A stretch of 64,000 nucleotides of DNA from Eledone cirrhosa (taxonomy: Eukaryota). Both the position numbers and the translations under genes were made by a program. Below the pieces are notes generated by a model. It did no database searches. It worked only from the letters and a program-made list of their open reading frames with translations, and was not told the origin of the DNA. The stretch covers positions 12,214,001-12,278,000 of the forward strand of contig OZ024752.1 of NCBI GenBank assembly GCA_964016885.1, given 5' to 3'. Positions 40,883 through 54,040 of the stretch are shown one piece after another (positions within the stretch are counted from its first letter, which is position 1; each line of letters opens with the position of its first letter).

Positions 40883-41182
40883 CTAGAAATAGATATGAAT
40901 AATTTTAAATTTAACAAACTTAATAATTGAAAAGAAATAGTTTTCTCGTCTGTGTAAATGAGGTGATTAATCTCATTTGCATATGAAGCTGCATAAGTTG
41001 GCTCAACTTATAATAGAAAAGAAATAGGATTTCGCTTCAAGCATAGCTTTATACAATATGTATAAATATTTCGTATTTCCAAAGAAATACGGTTTTAGGA
41101 AGCCATAGCTATGCAAACACCGGGGGGGGGGGGGGAGGGGCTAACGCCCTCTGGTGATGTCCAGCAGAAGCAAGGAGGACAA

Positions 41183-41224
41183 CCGTCTATGCATTTCAGG
41201 CTTAACTGGCCTTCGTCAGGACGG
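41183..41224 (-). ncRNA. Minimal type I hammerhead ribozyme motif, intact (AUA triplet)
   Basis: Reverse complement: ccgtc-CTGACGA-aggc cagttaa gcct-GAAAT-gc-ATA-gacgg; palindromic ATGCAT stem III. Confidence 0.8.
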
Positions 41225-41405
41225 TCCCTCCCACTGCTTGCGACTACTGGACTAGAAGACAGGCGAGAATATATAGTTGAATATAAGTTGAGCCAATTTA
41301 TGCAGCTTCATATGCAAATGAGATTAATCACCTCATTTACACAGGCGAGAAAACTATATATTCTCGCCTGTGTTCTAGTCCAGCAGTCGCAAGCGGTGGG
41401 AGGGA

Positions 41406-41447
41406 CCATCCTGACGATGGCCAGTTAAGCCTGAAATGCATAGACGG
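41406..41447 (+). ncRNA. Inverted hammerhead copy with two stem mismatches
   Basis: ccatc-CTGACGA-tggccagttaagcct-GAAATgcATA-gacgg. Confidence 0.6.
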
Positions 41448-42029
41448 TTGTCGCACTTGCTTCTGCTGGACATCACCAGAGGGCGTTAGCCTTCCGGTGT
41501 TTGCATAGCTACGGCTTCCTAAAACCATATTTCTTTGGAGATAGGAAATATTTATACATAAACTTAATAATTGTTTCTACTTTTGGCACAAGGCCAGCAA
41601 TTATTTTAGTGTATTACTGGTACTTTATTTTATTGACCCCGTAAGGATGAAAGACAAAGTTAACCTCGGCGGGATTTGAACTCAGACCATAAAGGGCCGT
41701 AACTCTTTGCTGGCGTCCGACCTTCTACCGAAACTGCCAATCCACCAATAATGATGAAATTAAAACACACTTGCATATTTTATTTTAGAACTTCCCTAAA
41801 TATTCTTATTTTTTTTATTAAAGATTTATCTTAGATTAGTGAAGGAACTGGAATGACAACCTTTCATTGCCAGTTTCATACAGTTGATATTGGCCACAAT
41901 ATACAGTCAGAATGGCCCGTGATGACCATTTTTAATTTTTATCTTCTAGACTTATTTAGAATTTTTTCGTAACCGTGATACAATTTTCTGTTAGTATACC
42001 TATACTAAAGGGCTTCACTGATAGGGTTA

Positions 42030-42735
42030 TCATCATCGTTTAACATCCATCTTCCATGCTAGCATGGGTTAGATGGTTTTGTTCCATTTGGTGCAGGAAT
42101 GGTTGGGAGACCATATCTCGCTTGCAGGGAAGCATCTCTGGCAGGTTTTTATTACAGCTGGAGGCCCTTTCTAACACCAACCACATTTACAGTGTGGACT
42201 GGGAGCCTTTTCCCCGTGTCTCCTACACGGGTGGACTGTTGTGTCATCGACAGAGTGGACAGAACGGGAGAGGGAGGGTGGGGTAGGATGTGGGGTGGGC
42301 TGTACATTGGGTTAAGAGGTGCCTACTGACTGTAGGTTTGTATGCAATGGTAGTCAGATCTTCTGTGCATCTGCATGGCGCCAAAGGTCTCGATCCAGTG
42401 TCATTGTCTTAGAGAGGTGTAGGTGGGCAAGGTCAGTTTTTATCACCTCGTCCCAGGTTTTTCTTGGTCTACCCACTCCGCAGCTTACATCAATTTTCAT
42501 TGCCTTGCACTTTTTTATACAGCTGTCATCCTTCATATGCATCACATGTCCATACTAATGCAATCTCCTCTCCAGAACACATTCGATACCTCTTATGCTT
42601 AGTCTCCCTCTTAGTTCGTTTATGCTTCACCTTTCGCGCACATTACTACTACACATCCATCGGAGCATGCAAGCTTCATTTCTTTCTAATTTATGCAGGT
42701 CTTCAGCACACAATGCCCAAGTCTCACTACCATGT
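42030..42735 (-). mobile_element. RTE LINE 3' fragment; related fragments at 44025-44660(-), 54095-54680(+), 60210-61425(+), 62430-62985(+)
   Basis: GHVM.MKDDSCI.KC....DG..GVGRPRKTWDE plus 3' UTR and (GAT)n tail shared with 21950-24400. Confidence 0.8.
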
Positions 42736-44921
42736 GTGTTATAATTTCCCAGTTCCATGTTATGGAAAGAAGTTGTGGTGAATCTTTGGAATAGTGCTTA
42801 ATAAATTTTAATGGCCCTAATAGTTGTTCCAATGTTCAAAAGTGGCCTGCCAATGGAATATGTTGCACACCTCTGCTTTAAAGCATGCATTTACCATTTA
42901 AACAATAACAGCATAAATGAAAAGGAATTATTGAAGTGTTGAGAAATGGGATTCCTCCAAAGGGTCTTTGGAGTAACGTTACTCAATAGAGTGCGTAGCT
43001 CAGAAATCAGAGTCATTCTCGGTAGAGACGCTACTTCTCCAAATTGAGAGATCACAGCTCCGATACTATGAACATGTGGTTAGAATGTCTCAGGAAAGAA
43101 TTGCTGGAGAGTCACTCCAGGTAGAGCTGCTACTTCTCTGAATTGAGAGATCACAGCTCTGATACTATGAACATGTGGTTAGAATGTCTCAGGAAAGAAT
43201 CCCTGGAGAGTCACTCCAGGTTGAGCTGCTACTTCTCTGAATTGAGAGATCACAGCTCCGATACTATGGACATGTGGTTAGAATGTCTCAGGAAAGAATT
43301 GCTGGACAGATCTTACGGTCGAAACCAACCGGAAGGAGACCCAGGGGTAGACCCCGAGGAAGATGGCTGTATAACATCCATGAGGCTGGCTGGTCTCACT
43401 TGGGGATCTAGCTAGATCAGTTGGAGACGGTTGCTTCTGACAGGACCTGCTGTATTGAGTATTTGAGGACTCTGCCCCCACGACCCTTTCAGAAATAAGT
43501 GGGTCAAGAAGAAGAAGAAGAAGAAGAGGAGGAGAAATATTTATGAATAGGACATTTCTGAGGTTTAGTTATATCTGAAATGTGGTTCAACTATATTGTT
43601 TACTGGTGTATGTGTTTCTGGTTGAATTTCTGATATGAGGTTAACCTCTGATAGACTTGTTTGCTTCAATTCTCCTCTGTGTGTACATATGCATGTGTGT
43701 AAGTATATGTGTATGTATATATGTCGGGTCACTCTTGAGTGCTACTAGTACATGTAATCCAGTACAACCTGTCGCATGGGCAGGTCATTGGTGACTAAAC
43801 CGGCAACCCCACCAAGTTTACTTGGCGAGGACACCCTGCAGGACAAAAGACAAAGCCTGACAAAGGGCGGAAGAACTTATAAGAGTCAATGGCTATCCAA
43901 AAATGTGTAAATATCTATATACATGTATGCATGTGTATATATGTATCTATATATATGTATGCATGTGTATATATGTATATACATGTATGCATGTGTATAT
44001 ATGTATAGACATTTATGCATGTGTATCATCATCATCATCATCATCATCAGGTTTAGCGTCCGTGTTCCACGCTTGCATGGGTTTGGACGGGGGTTTTCCC
44101 ACTTGAGGCAAGAGTGGTTGTCTTGCTCGCATAGGACTGTCTGGCGGGTTTTCTACAGTTGGATGCCCTTCCTAACACCAACCACATTTACAGTGTGGGG
44201 CTGGGAGGTTTTTACCGTGTTGCCTACACGGCCACATTTACAGCATGGACTGTGTGTTTTTTTGTCGTGACACCTACACGATCTCATTTGTTTCGGCCTG
44301 GATGTTGTGGGACCAACATAACTTTACATTGAAAGGGGCGGTGTGGATGGGGTGGAGGTGGTGGGACGGGGGGGGGGGGGGGGGGTTGATAGAGATGCCT
44401 ACTGACTGTAGTAGGTTTTTACTTTGTATTTAGGTAAGGCGGGTCTTCTCTATTACTGAGTACCGCCAAAGGTCTCGGTCCAGTGACATTGTCTTGGAGA
44501 GGTGTAAGCGTGTGAGGTCGGAATTTATCAGCTCGTCCCATGTTTTTCTGGGTCTGCCTACTCCGTGGCTACCGTCTATCTTTATTGCCCTGCACTTTGT
44601 TATACAGCTGTCGTCTTTCATGCGCATCACGTGACCGTACCAACGTAGCCTTCTCTCGATATGTATATATATATGTATGCATGTGTATATATGTATATAC
44701 ATGTATGCATGTGTATATATGTATAGACATTTATGCATGTGTATATATGTATATACATGTATGCATGTGTATATATGTATGCATGTGTGTTTGTGAAGGT
44801 AAGCCTTTATATATTAACTAGCAAAAGAGCCCGTCATTGCCAGCGACACCTTTTACCACTGTAAGCATACAAAAAAATTTGTATTATAGAAATTATAGTT
44901 GAATGAAATATAAATATTAAC

Positions 44922-44983
44922 CTGATGCATGTAAGATATGTCATTACATTTCTTGCCATCTTCCGTTCTTGTGTATTGGCTCC
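44922..44983 (-). CDS. VIL1: villin-like exon 8: GANTQERKMARNVMTYLTCI(S)
   Basis: tttcag|GGA acceptor, AG|gttaat donor (phase 2), 62 nt. Confidence 0.9.
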
Positions 44984-46121
44984 CTGAAATGGTAAACAGA
45001 TAGATAGATGGACAGACAGTTGGATGTATGTATGTATGCTCAGATGGATGGATGGATACACATGTAGTTGATATAAGCAGGGTTGGATTTAAACGTTGGG
45101 TGGTGACAGGGCACTTCAGGTTTGGAGGGAGGGGTCTGAGGTACTTCAGGTTTGAGGGAGCCCCCTCATATACAAAAAGAAAAAAATAGAATACACACCA
45201 ACCCCCGCCAATTTTGCATATCAATGTTAGCTTGCCGCAAGTAATTGGAATTTGAAACGTTATACAGGTATTAAATTAAAAAATTCTAACCATCCTAAAA
45301 CTAAAAAGCCCAGCTGAGGGCACAAATAAATTGTTGCGGCCATCACTGGTGAGGCTCTCCATTGCAGGGGTCTGAGGCAATTGCTTCCTTTGCTGCCCAT
45401 TTTTTTTTTTCATAAACACTTCTCCGTTCTAAACCCTTTTCTACTCTCGTCTCTTTCCTGAAGAAGGACTACAGTCCGAGATGTTGAAGTTTACTTTTTC
45501 CATTTTATACAAGCATGGACCTCAGATCACATTTTGTAATTGTTTGCTGTGTTTGTTTTCACTGATTTTAACCTTTCATCATCATCATCATCACCATCAT
45601 ATTTACCATCATCATCACCCATAACAACCACGACCACCACTACCATGACGATGACTCCCACCACCACCTCGACCACCACCACTACCACCACTACTACTAC
45701 CACTACTACCACCACTACTACTACCACCACCACCACCACCACCACCACTACCACCACCGCCACCACTACCACCACCGCCACCACCACCACCACCACCGCC
45801 ACCACCACCACCACTACTATGTGTGTAGGTGTGGACATGTGTGTGTGCAAACATGTGTGTTTGTGTGTGTGTATGTGTGCATGTGTGCATGCATGTGTGT
45901 GTATGTGTGCATGCATATGTATGTATGTATGTGTGTACGTGTGCATGTGTGTTTGTGTGTGAGTGCATGCATGTGTGTTTGTGTGTGTGCATAACAATTG
46001 ACTTCCAGAACTTTTCTTGTGTGAAGGAGTGCTTTAAACCATGATCAATATCCGTACATATTTAACAACAAAACAGTGTAACAAAAGCTAAAAAGATGTC
46101 ACTGTAAATAGCAATAGTTAC

Positions 46122-46205
46122 CCTGCCAAGCCAGAGATATGAGAACTCTTGGTGAACTAAAACAAATGCATCATTTGAGTTCAAAGAAGAAGCCAGAGGT
46201 TCAAC
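46122..46205 (-). CDS. VIL1: villin-like exon 7 (G5): VEPLASSLNSNDAFVLVHQEFSYLWLGR
   Basis: ttctag|GTT acceptor, AGG|gtaact donor, 84 nt; SLNSNDAFVL..YLW.G motif. Confidence 0.95.
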
Positions 46206-46672
46206 CTAGAAATATATATATATAGAAAGTTGTAGTTTACTTGAAGCATTGCGTAGTGAGGTATAAAGATTTGAAGTTAGAAGGCCAGACAATGCATACA
46301 TATACTTACATATACATACATGTACATGCATATCTCGAAATATAAGGATATTCAAATAAATTTAAGGTAAAAGACTAATTGTCAGTGATATCTTTTGCAT
46401 TTGTATTTATATTCTATATCCATACGTGCATTGTTCTGGTCTTCTAACTCCAAATGTTTGATCATAATTAATGAGCATGTCATAATTAATTATGTTTGAT
46501 CATAATTAAAAAAATCATGGTGATAGTAAACTTCAAAAACAATCTATCTTTAGAATCGTTGAGTGAAAGGAAGTTTGAGAATTAAAAAGAAGCTTGAACG
46601 TTGTTTGACTATGGAAAAAATTTTGTACAGACTTGAACCCAGATCTGCTATTAAAATTATGCTCAAAGATCA

Positions 46673-47475
46673 GAGAGTCACTCCAGGTAGAGCTGCTACT
46701 TCTCTGAATTGAGAGATCACAGCTCCGACACTATGGGCATGTAGTGAAAATGTCTCAGGAAAGAATCACTGGAGAGTCACTCCAGGTAGAGCTGCTACTT
46801 CTCTGAATTGAGAGATCACAGCTCCAACACTATGGACATGTGGTGAGAATGTCTCAGGGAAGAATCACTGGAGAGTCACTCCAGGTAGAGCCACTACTTC
46901 TCTGAATTGAGAGATCACAGCTCCGACACTATGGACATGTGGTGAGAATGTCCCAGGAAAGAATCACTGGAGAGTCACTCCAAGTAGAGCTGCTACTTCT
47001 CTGAATTGAGAGGTCACAGCTCCAACACTATGGACATGTGGTGAGAATGTCCCAGGAAAGAATCACTGGAGAGTCACTCCAAGTAGAGCTGCTACTTCTC
47101 TGAATTGAGAGATCACAGCTCCAACACTATGGACATGTGGTGAGAATGTCTCAGGGAAGAATCACTGGAGAGTCACTCCAAGTAGAGCCACTACTTCTCT
47201 GAATTGAGAGATCACAGCTCTGATACTATGGACATGTGGTGAGAATGTCTCAGGAAAGAATCACTGGACAGATTTTATGGGCAAAAACCAACTGGCAGGA
47301 GACCCAGGAGTAGACCCCAAGCAAGATGGTTGGATAATATCCATGAGCTTGGCTGGTCTCACGGGGATCAGACTGATCAGTTGGAGATGGCTGCTTCTGA
47401 CAGGACCCGCTGGAAGGAGTGTTTGAGGACTCTGCTCCCACGACACTCTCAGAAATAAGTGAGAGAAGAAGAAGA
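46673..47475 (+). repeat. 99-bp tandem array (6 units) in a second RTE-derived 3' fragment family; also 42961-43530 (3 units), 53332-53900 (~4), 55070-55433 (1), 14445-14712(-)
   Basis: Unit encodes ESLQVELLLL.IERSQLRYYGHVVRMSQERI.G; followed by RPRGR...RWLD and a (GAA)n tail. Confidence 0.85.
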
Positions 47476-47492
47476 TTTTTTGTGGGTGTGGG

Positions 47493-47645
47493 TATTCTTC
47501 ATTTTCTTATTGCTTTATAAAAAATTTTCTGTAAAAAACTTCTTTCCTACCTCCTGAACGTAAAGAGCAGCTATTTAGGTTTAGGGGTCAGGAAAGAATT
47601 TTCTTACAGAAACATTTTTATAAAGCAATAAGGAAATGAAGAATA
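47493..47645. mobile_element. TA-bounded MITE (~150 bp)
   Basis: tattcttcattttcttattgctttataaaaa / tttttataaagcaataaggaaatgaagaata. Confidence 0.65.
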
Positions 47646-47699
47646 GATTAAAGTGAAAAGAAATTACACAATGAAACGGAGAGGGGTAGGGAGCAACAG

Positions 47700-48155
47700 A
47701 CTCTACACTCCAGTCTGAGTGGTACCTCAAACTCTACACTCTAGTCTGAGTGGTACCTCAAACTCTACACTCCAGTTTGAGTGCTACCTCAAACTCTACA
47801 TTTCAGTCTGAGTGCTACCTCAAACTCTACACTCCAGTTTGGGTGGTACCTCAAACTCTACACTCCAGTCTGAGTGGTACCTCAAACTCTACACTCCAGT
47901 TTGAGTGGTACCTCAGACTCTACACTTCAGTCTGAGTGGTACCTCAAACTCTACACTTCAGTCTGAGTGGTACCTCAAACTCTACACTTCAGTCTGAGTG
48001 GTACCTCAGACTCTACACTTCAGTCTGAGTGCACCTCAAACTCTACACTCAAGTTTGAGTGGTACTTCAAACTCTACACTTCAGTCTGAGTGGTACCTCA
48101 AACTCTAAACTTCAGTCTGAGTGGTACCTCAAACTCTACACCAGTTTGAGTGGTA
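47700..48155. repeat. 31-bp minisatellite, ~14 copies
   Basis: Unit ctctacactYcagtctgagtggtacctcaaa. Confidence 0.95.
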
Positions 48156-48748
48156 GTTCTCAGCTGCGTCCTGTGGAAGAAATGGCAAGGTATTGCCATG
48201 GACACCAATGCAACAGTCACTCTACCTCACAGGTCTCTTTCCTTAAGTAGGCAGCCATTTTTGTAAAGATTTATCACTTGAATCATAATAATGTTGATGG
48301 GTGATGGTGCAGGCTGTTCATACAAAATATATATAGCAAATCATAACATTTTCTACCTCTGTTATAATTTTGATATATAGGCACCTCTTAACCTAATATG
48401 CAACCCAAACCCACTACCCCTACTCCATCTTCCCACTCCCACCAGCATCACCCTTTCTCTGTAAAGTTATGTTGGTACCACAGAAGATCCAGTCCACACT
48501 AAAGTGGCCATGTAGGTGTCACGACAAAAAACACAGTCCATGCTGTAAAGTGTTCGTGTGTTGGAGACACAGTAAAAAGGCTCCCAGTCCACACTGTAAA
48601 TGTGGTTAGGAAGAGCATCCAGCCGTAGAAAACCTGCCAGATACAGTCCTATATGTGTGAGACACGGTCACCCGATCAATCTTGCCTCAAGTGGAACAAT
48701 TCCAGTCTAACCCATGCGAAGGTAGGCATTAAACGATGATGATGATGA

Positions 48749-48938
48749 TACAGGGGTGCTGAAAAGTTCCTGGCTTAAGGGATCACAAAAGGGTAGAGCT
48801 GTTACCTTTACAGGGGAGGTAGGACTGCTGCAATAAGTGTGTGGATCTGAGAGGGGAATACATTGAATAAAATCATAATTAACTAATCCTCCTGTATTTT
48901 CTTTTATCCAAAGCCAGGAACTTTTCAACACCTTGGTA
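48749..48938. mobile_element. Tc1/mariner-type MITE
   Basis: TA-caggggtgctgaaaagttcctggctt ... aagccaggaacttttcaacaccttgg-TA. Confidence 0.75.
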
Positions 48939-49220
48939 TAATCATCCCCATTAAAAGTCCATGTGTTTGCATGTGGTGGATGTTATGAGGCTAGCCAGGT
49001 CTGGTGACCGTATCTTACTCATTCAGTTCTGTTTTCCACTCGGTTTTCTATAGCTGGATGCCCTTCTTAATGCCAACCATGTCAGTATAATTCACTGTTT
49101 CCTGTCCTCAAATTCCTGGTCTTGTGAATATGTAACAAATCATTATATTCCTTTCATGGCAACAAAATTTATTTCAATCAACACAAAATATAGAAGTAAA
49201 AATAAATTAATAAATCTCAC

Positions 49221-49310
49221 CTGCATGGCCCGTGTATTGAACTCAGAATATCCTCTAACATGAAACAACATGGTTTTGTTATTAAAGTTGTCCATTTTGC
49301 TGCCATCACC
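49221..49310 (-). CDS. VIL1: villin-like exon 6 (G5 start): GDGSKMDNFNNKTMLFHVRGYSEFNTRAMQ
   Basis: ttcag|GGT acceptor, CAG|gtgaga donor, 90 nt; LF.VRG....NTRA motif. Confidence 0.93.
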
Positions 49311-50239
49311 CTGAAGTAACAATACAAACTTTTACTAACTGTTTATCATTTACATTACTCTATATATACCATGGAGGCACATGGCTTAGTGGTTAGAGCA
49401 TTGGGCTTGCAATTGAAAAGTTGTGAGTTCAATTCTCAGACCGGATGATGTGTTGTTTCCTTGAGCAAGACACTTTATTTCACATTGCTCCAGTTTACTC
49501 AGCTGTAGAAATGAGATGATAGGACTGGGGTCCCTATCATTCCTCTGCAAAGTGATCGTGGAGGTGCCACGGCAAAAAAGCACCCAGCCCACACTGTAAA
49601 GTGGATGTGTAGGCGTCACGGTAAAAAAGCACCTAGCCCACACTGTAAAGTGGACGCGTAGGCACGACGGAAAAAAAGAAAAAAGCACCCAGCACTCACT
49701 GTAAATGAGGTTGGTGTTAGGAAGGGCATCCAGCTGTAGAAATCAAACCAGAATCAGTTCCCATCCCACCCTTGCAAGCAGGGAAAAGCGGACGTAAAAT
49801 GTTGATGATGATGATACCATTGTATATTCTCAGTAAAGACTTTATCTTACATAATATCTTACCCATATATCTTACATATATCTTACCCATGCTAGTCTAG
49901 AAGATAGACGTTAAACGATGATGATGATGATGATGAATATCGAATCTATGAGATTTCGATGTTATTTATTTTGAGAACAATACCTTAATGTTGGATGAGC
50001 AGCCAATTACAGCCAATTTGAACAGAAGGTGGGGAGAGAATTCTGGCCAGATATAGCTGGTGTAAATGTTAAAGGGTTAAACAATTGGAATAGACATTTT
50101 CTTCTGGTAAAATGGATGGAGTGGAGGTGTGTGGCCTTGGGGTAAGGGTGTTGGTCTTACAATCATAATGTAGTGAGTTTGATTCCTGGGCTGGGTTTTG
50201 GGTTGTGTTCTTGAGTAAAACACTTCATTTCACATCACT

Positions 50240-51390
50240 CCAGTATATTCAGCTGAAAATGAGTACCAACAATAGCTGGGTGTTTAACTTTGCAATGGAC
50301 TGGCGTCCTGTCCACGGGAAGTCTTTTACTCTCAGTCGCTTCACGGCATGAAACCGGGATAAGCTTTGGCCTGATGAACCTCCAAGCCCGATGCTTTCAG
50401 ACCAGTATATTCAGCTGAAAATGAGTACCAGCAATAGCTGGGTGTTTAACTCTGCAATGGACTGGCGTCCTGTCCACGGGAAGTCTTTTACTCTCAGTCG
50501 CTTCACGGCATGAAACCGGGATAAGCTTTGGCCTGATGAACCTCCAAGCCCGATGCTTTCAGACCAGTATATTCAGCTGAAAATGAGTACCAGCAATAGC
50601 TGGGTGTTTAACTCTGCAATGGACTGGCGTCCTGTCCACGGGAAGTCTTTTACTCTCAGTCGCTTCACGGCATGAAACCGGGATAAGCTTTGGCCTGATG
50701 AACCTCCAAGCCCGATGCTTTCAGACCAGTATATTCAGCTGAAAATGAGTACCAGCAATAGCTGGGTGTTTAACTCTGCAATGGACTGGCGTCCTGTCCA
50801 CGGGAAGTCTTTTACTCTCAGTCGCTTCACGGCATGAAACCGGGATAAGCTTTGGCCTGATGAACCTCCAAGCCCGATGCTTTCAGACCAGTATATTCAG
50901 CTGAAAATGAGTACCAGCAATAGCTGGGTGTTTAACTCTGCAATGGACTGGCGTCCTGTCCACGGGAAGTCTTTTACTCTCAGTCGCTTCACGGCATGAA
51001 ACCGGGATAAGCTTTGGCCTGATGAACCTCCAAGCCCGATGCTTTCAGACCAGTATATTCAGCTGAAAATGAGTACCAGCAATAGCTGGGTGTTTAACTT
51101 TGCAATGGACTGGCGTCCTGTCCACGGGAAGTCTTTTACTCTCAGTCGCTTCACGGCATGAAACCGGGATAAGCTTTGGCCTGATGAACCTCCAAGCCCG
51201 ATGCAGACTTTAAACTTTCAGACCAGTATATTCAGCTGAAAATAAAGTACCAGCAATAGCTGGGTGTTTAACCCTGCAATGGGCTGGCGCCCTGTCCAGG
51301 GGAGAGGGAGTCTTGTGGCCTCAGTGACTTAATGTCACAGAAACTTGGATAAGGACTAGCCTGATGAACCAGCAGGCTCAAGAAAGACGT
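50240..51390 (+). repeat. 162-bp tandem array (6 near-identical units plus 1 diverged) of a SINE body behind a single tRNA head (50125-50240)
   Basis: Unit starts at 50240, 50402, 50564, 50726, 50888, 51050, then 51223; monomeric relative at 34090-34360. Confidence 0.92.
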
Positions 51391-52348
51391 TACACTTTTA
51401 GAAGTGGCTGGAAATAGGAAGGGCATCCAGCCATAGAAAACTTGCTTAAGAAAGCGTAGTTTTTCAGTTGTATTAACCCTCTAGCATTTAAACCAGCCAT
51501 AACCGACCAGAATTCTCTCACCTCTTTCAGTTCAAACAGGCCATACCAGCCACTCATACTTATGTTAAGGTATTGTTCTCAAAATATATAATATCAAAAT
51601 CTCATAGATTCGATATTATGCGAAATAATTACCATGAAAATACAATAGTAAATATAGAGTAATGTAAATGCTAAAGGGTTAAAGCCATGACAGCTTCCCT
51701 AGTGCTGGTGCAAAGATAAGATCACCAGAGAACTCTACAAAGTGTGGGGACAATTGTAAGCTGATGCAACCCCTTGTCCATCTCTGATTATATCGTGGTT
51801 TGGTATGTGATGACCTGTTCAACCCTTGCAAGCAGAGAAAACATATGTTAACCTTTAGCGTGCTAGTAATTGATATGAATTGTTTCCCTTGACACTGCAT
51901 TATCTATTAAGGGGAGGTTACTCTATGGTGCCCTGTGTCACCGACAACATGTTAAAGGTTAAATGACGATGATGATGATGATGATGATATTTCAGGGAGA
52001 TTGAACTACCAATCTCTTAGAAAATATATTTTCGAGAAGCATCTGGTATTCCGCTATATAAGTTGATGATGATGATGACAACAATGATGATGATGATGAT
52101 GACAACAATGATGATGATGATGACAATGATGATGATGATGACGATGATGACGATGATGACGATGATGATGATGATGACAATGATGATGATGATGATGATG
52201 ATGACAATGATGATGATGATGATATTGATGATATTGATGATGATGATGATGATGATGGTGATGACAATGATGATAACGATGATGATGGTGATGGTGATGA
52301 CGATGACGACAAGGAGGAGGAGGGGAGGATGAATTAACATATATGTAC

Positions 52349-52420
52349 CTTTAACACAATCAATTTTCCGTGAAATATTCGAAGGAAATGTTCTGGTTCC
52401 TGATTTTGAGTGATGCGTAC
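52349..52420 (-). CDS. VIL1: villin-like exon 5: VRITQNQEPEHFLRIFHGKLIVLK
   Basis: attag|GTA acceptor, AAG|gtacat donor, 72 nt; R..Q..EP.HF motif. Confidence 0.93.
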
Positions 52421-53950
52421 CTAATCGATGAAAGTATCATCAAAGAAACATATCAAGTGAATTGGAAGAGATTTGAATTGAGAAATATGTTGGTGGTTCA
52501 AACTAAATGGTGGGCTGGAAAGTGTGAAAGATCAATAAGGAAACTTATAAAATGTCTGTGTTGTTAACCCTTTTGTGGCCATATTTATAATAAAATATGT
52601 ATAATGGAAATGTGGATTGGCAGTATTGGTAGAAGGTCAGACGCCATGCTTTGCAGCATAGAGTTACGGCCCTTTATGATCTGAGTTCAAATCCCGCCGA
52701 GGTTAACTTTGCCTTTCATCCTTACGGGATCGATAAAATAAAATACCAGTAATGCACTGGAGTCAATTAAATCAACTTTCCCCTCCCTCAAAATTGTTGG
52801 CCTTGTGCCTATAAAAGAAACCATTTATAATAAAATATGTATTGGAATTAATTGCTGAAGATTTCTGAAGAATTTACAAAGGCATCGCTTGGTGTGTGAC
52901 ATTTTTTTACAATGCATGGTATTGCTGGCCATAGGCAAGTCCCTAGCAAGACTAAACAACCATGTCCATGATGCTCATGCTTAAATATCAAGCGATTGCA
53001 TTACTTGAAATCGTGTATGTATATATGTATATATGTATGTATCAATGCATGTATGGATGTGTGCATGTGTGTATGTATATGTATGTATGTATGCCTATGT
53101 ATGTATGTATGCATCCATGTATGTACTTATTTGTCATTTCTGTATGTTAATGTTCTGTAACTTAACAATTTAACAAAGTTTCCTTTATTGTCTCATGAAA
53201 CAAAAGAGTCACATATTTGTGTGTCTGGAGCTAGAGTGAAAAGAAAAGATAGTTGTTATACATGGTAGTAACTGCTAGTGATGGTCTTGAACTGATATGC
53301 ATGATATTGTAAATCTTAAATAGAAAATTAAGATCACAGCTCTGATACTATAGACATGTGGTGAGAATGTCTCAGGAAAGAATCACTGGAGAGACACTCC
53401 AGGTAAAGCTGCTATTTCTCCAAATTGAGGGCTCACAGCTCTGATACTATGGACATGTGGTGAGAATGTCTCAGGAAAGAATCACTGGAGTGTTGTTCCA
53501 GATAGAGCCACTACTTCTCTGAATTGAGAGATTACAGCTCCAATACTATGGTCATGGAGTAGAATGTCTCAGGAAAGAATCCCTGGAGAGCCACTCCAGG
53601 TAGAGTTGCTACTTCTCCAAATTGAGAGATTACAGCTCCGATACTATGGTCATGTGGTTAGAATGTCTCAGGAAATAATAACTGGACAGATTTTACAGGT
53701 AGAACCAACAGGTAGGAGACCCAGGGGTAGACTCCGTGCAAGATGGTTGGATAACATTCATGAGCTAGGCTGGTCATGCTTGGGGATCCAGCCAGATCAG
53801 TTGGAAACAGTTGCTTCTGGTATGACCCACTGGTAGGAGTATTTGAGGACACTGCCCCCAAGAACCTCTCAGGAATAAGTGGGTGATGAAGAAGAAGAAG
53901 AGATAGACTAAAGTTTCAATCAAACCTTTCCTCCGATATCCGATACATAC

Positions 53951-54040
53951 CTGAACAGCTTTTCCATTGACTTCTTTGTAGTCGATGGTTTGTACCATCA
54001 TAGCACACGCTGCAATGTCATCCTTTGAACTTTTATTACC
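53951..54040 (-). CDS. VIL1: villin-like exon 4 (G4 helix): GNKSSKDDIAACAMMVQTIDYKEVNGKAVQ
   Basis: gacag|GGT acceptor, CAG|gtatgt donor, 90 nt. Confidence 0.93.

Larger units (their letters stand above)
40930..41559. mobile_element. 630-bp rearranged element (A-B-A'-B') with 14-bp flanking direct repeat and two opposed hammerheads
   Basis: aaacttaataattg at 40916-40929 and 41560-41573; A 40937-41012, B 41058-41277, rcA 41283-41358, rcB 41352-41560. Confidence 0.8.

Noticed and set aside
46262-46460. Imperfect ~40-bp inverted repeat near the exon 7 acceptor
   Set aside because: Heavily diverged, probably an old MITE; boundaries and TSD cannot be defined
50345-50385. GAAAC...CTGATGA in each 162-bp unit as a possible type II hammerhead
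   Set aside because: No properly paired stem III with an NUH triplet and no convincing stem II; it is part of the SINE 3' module
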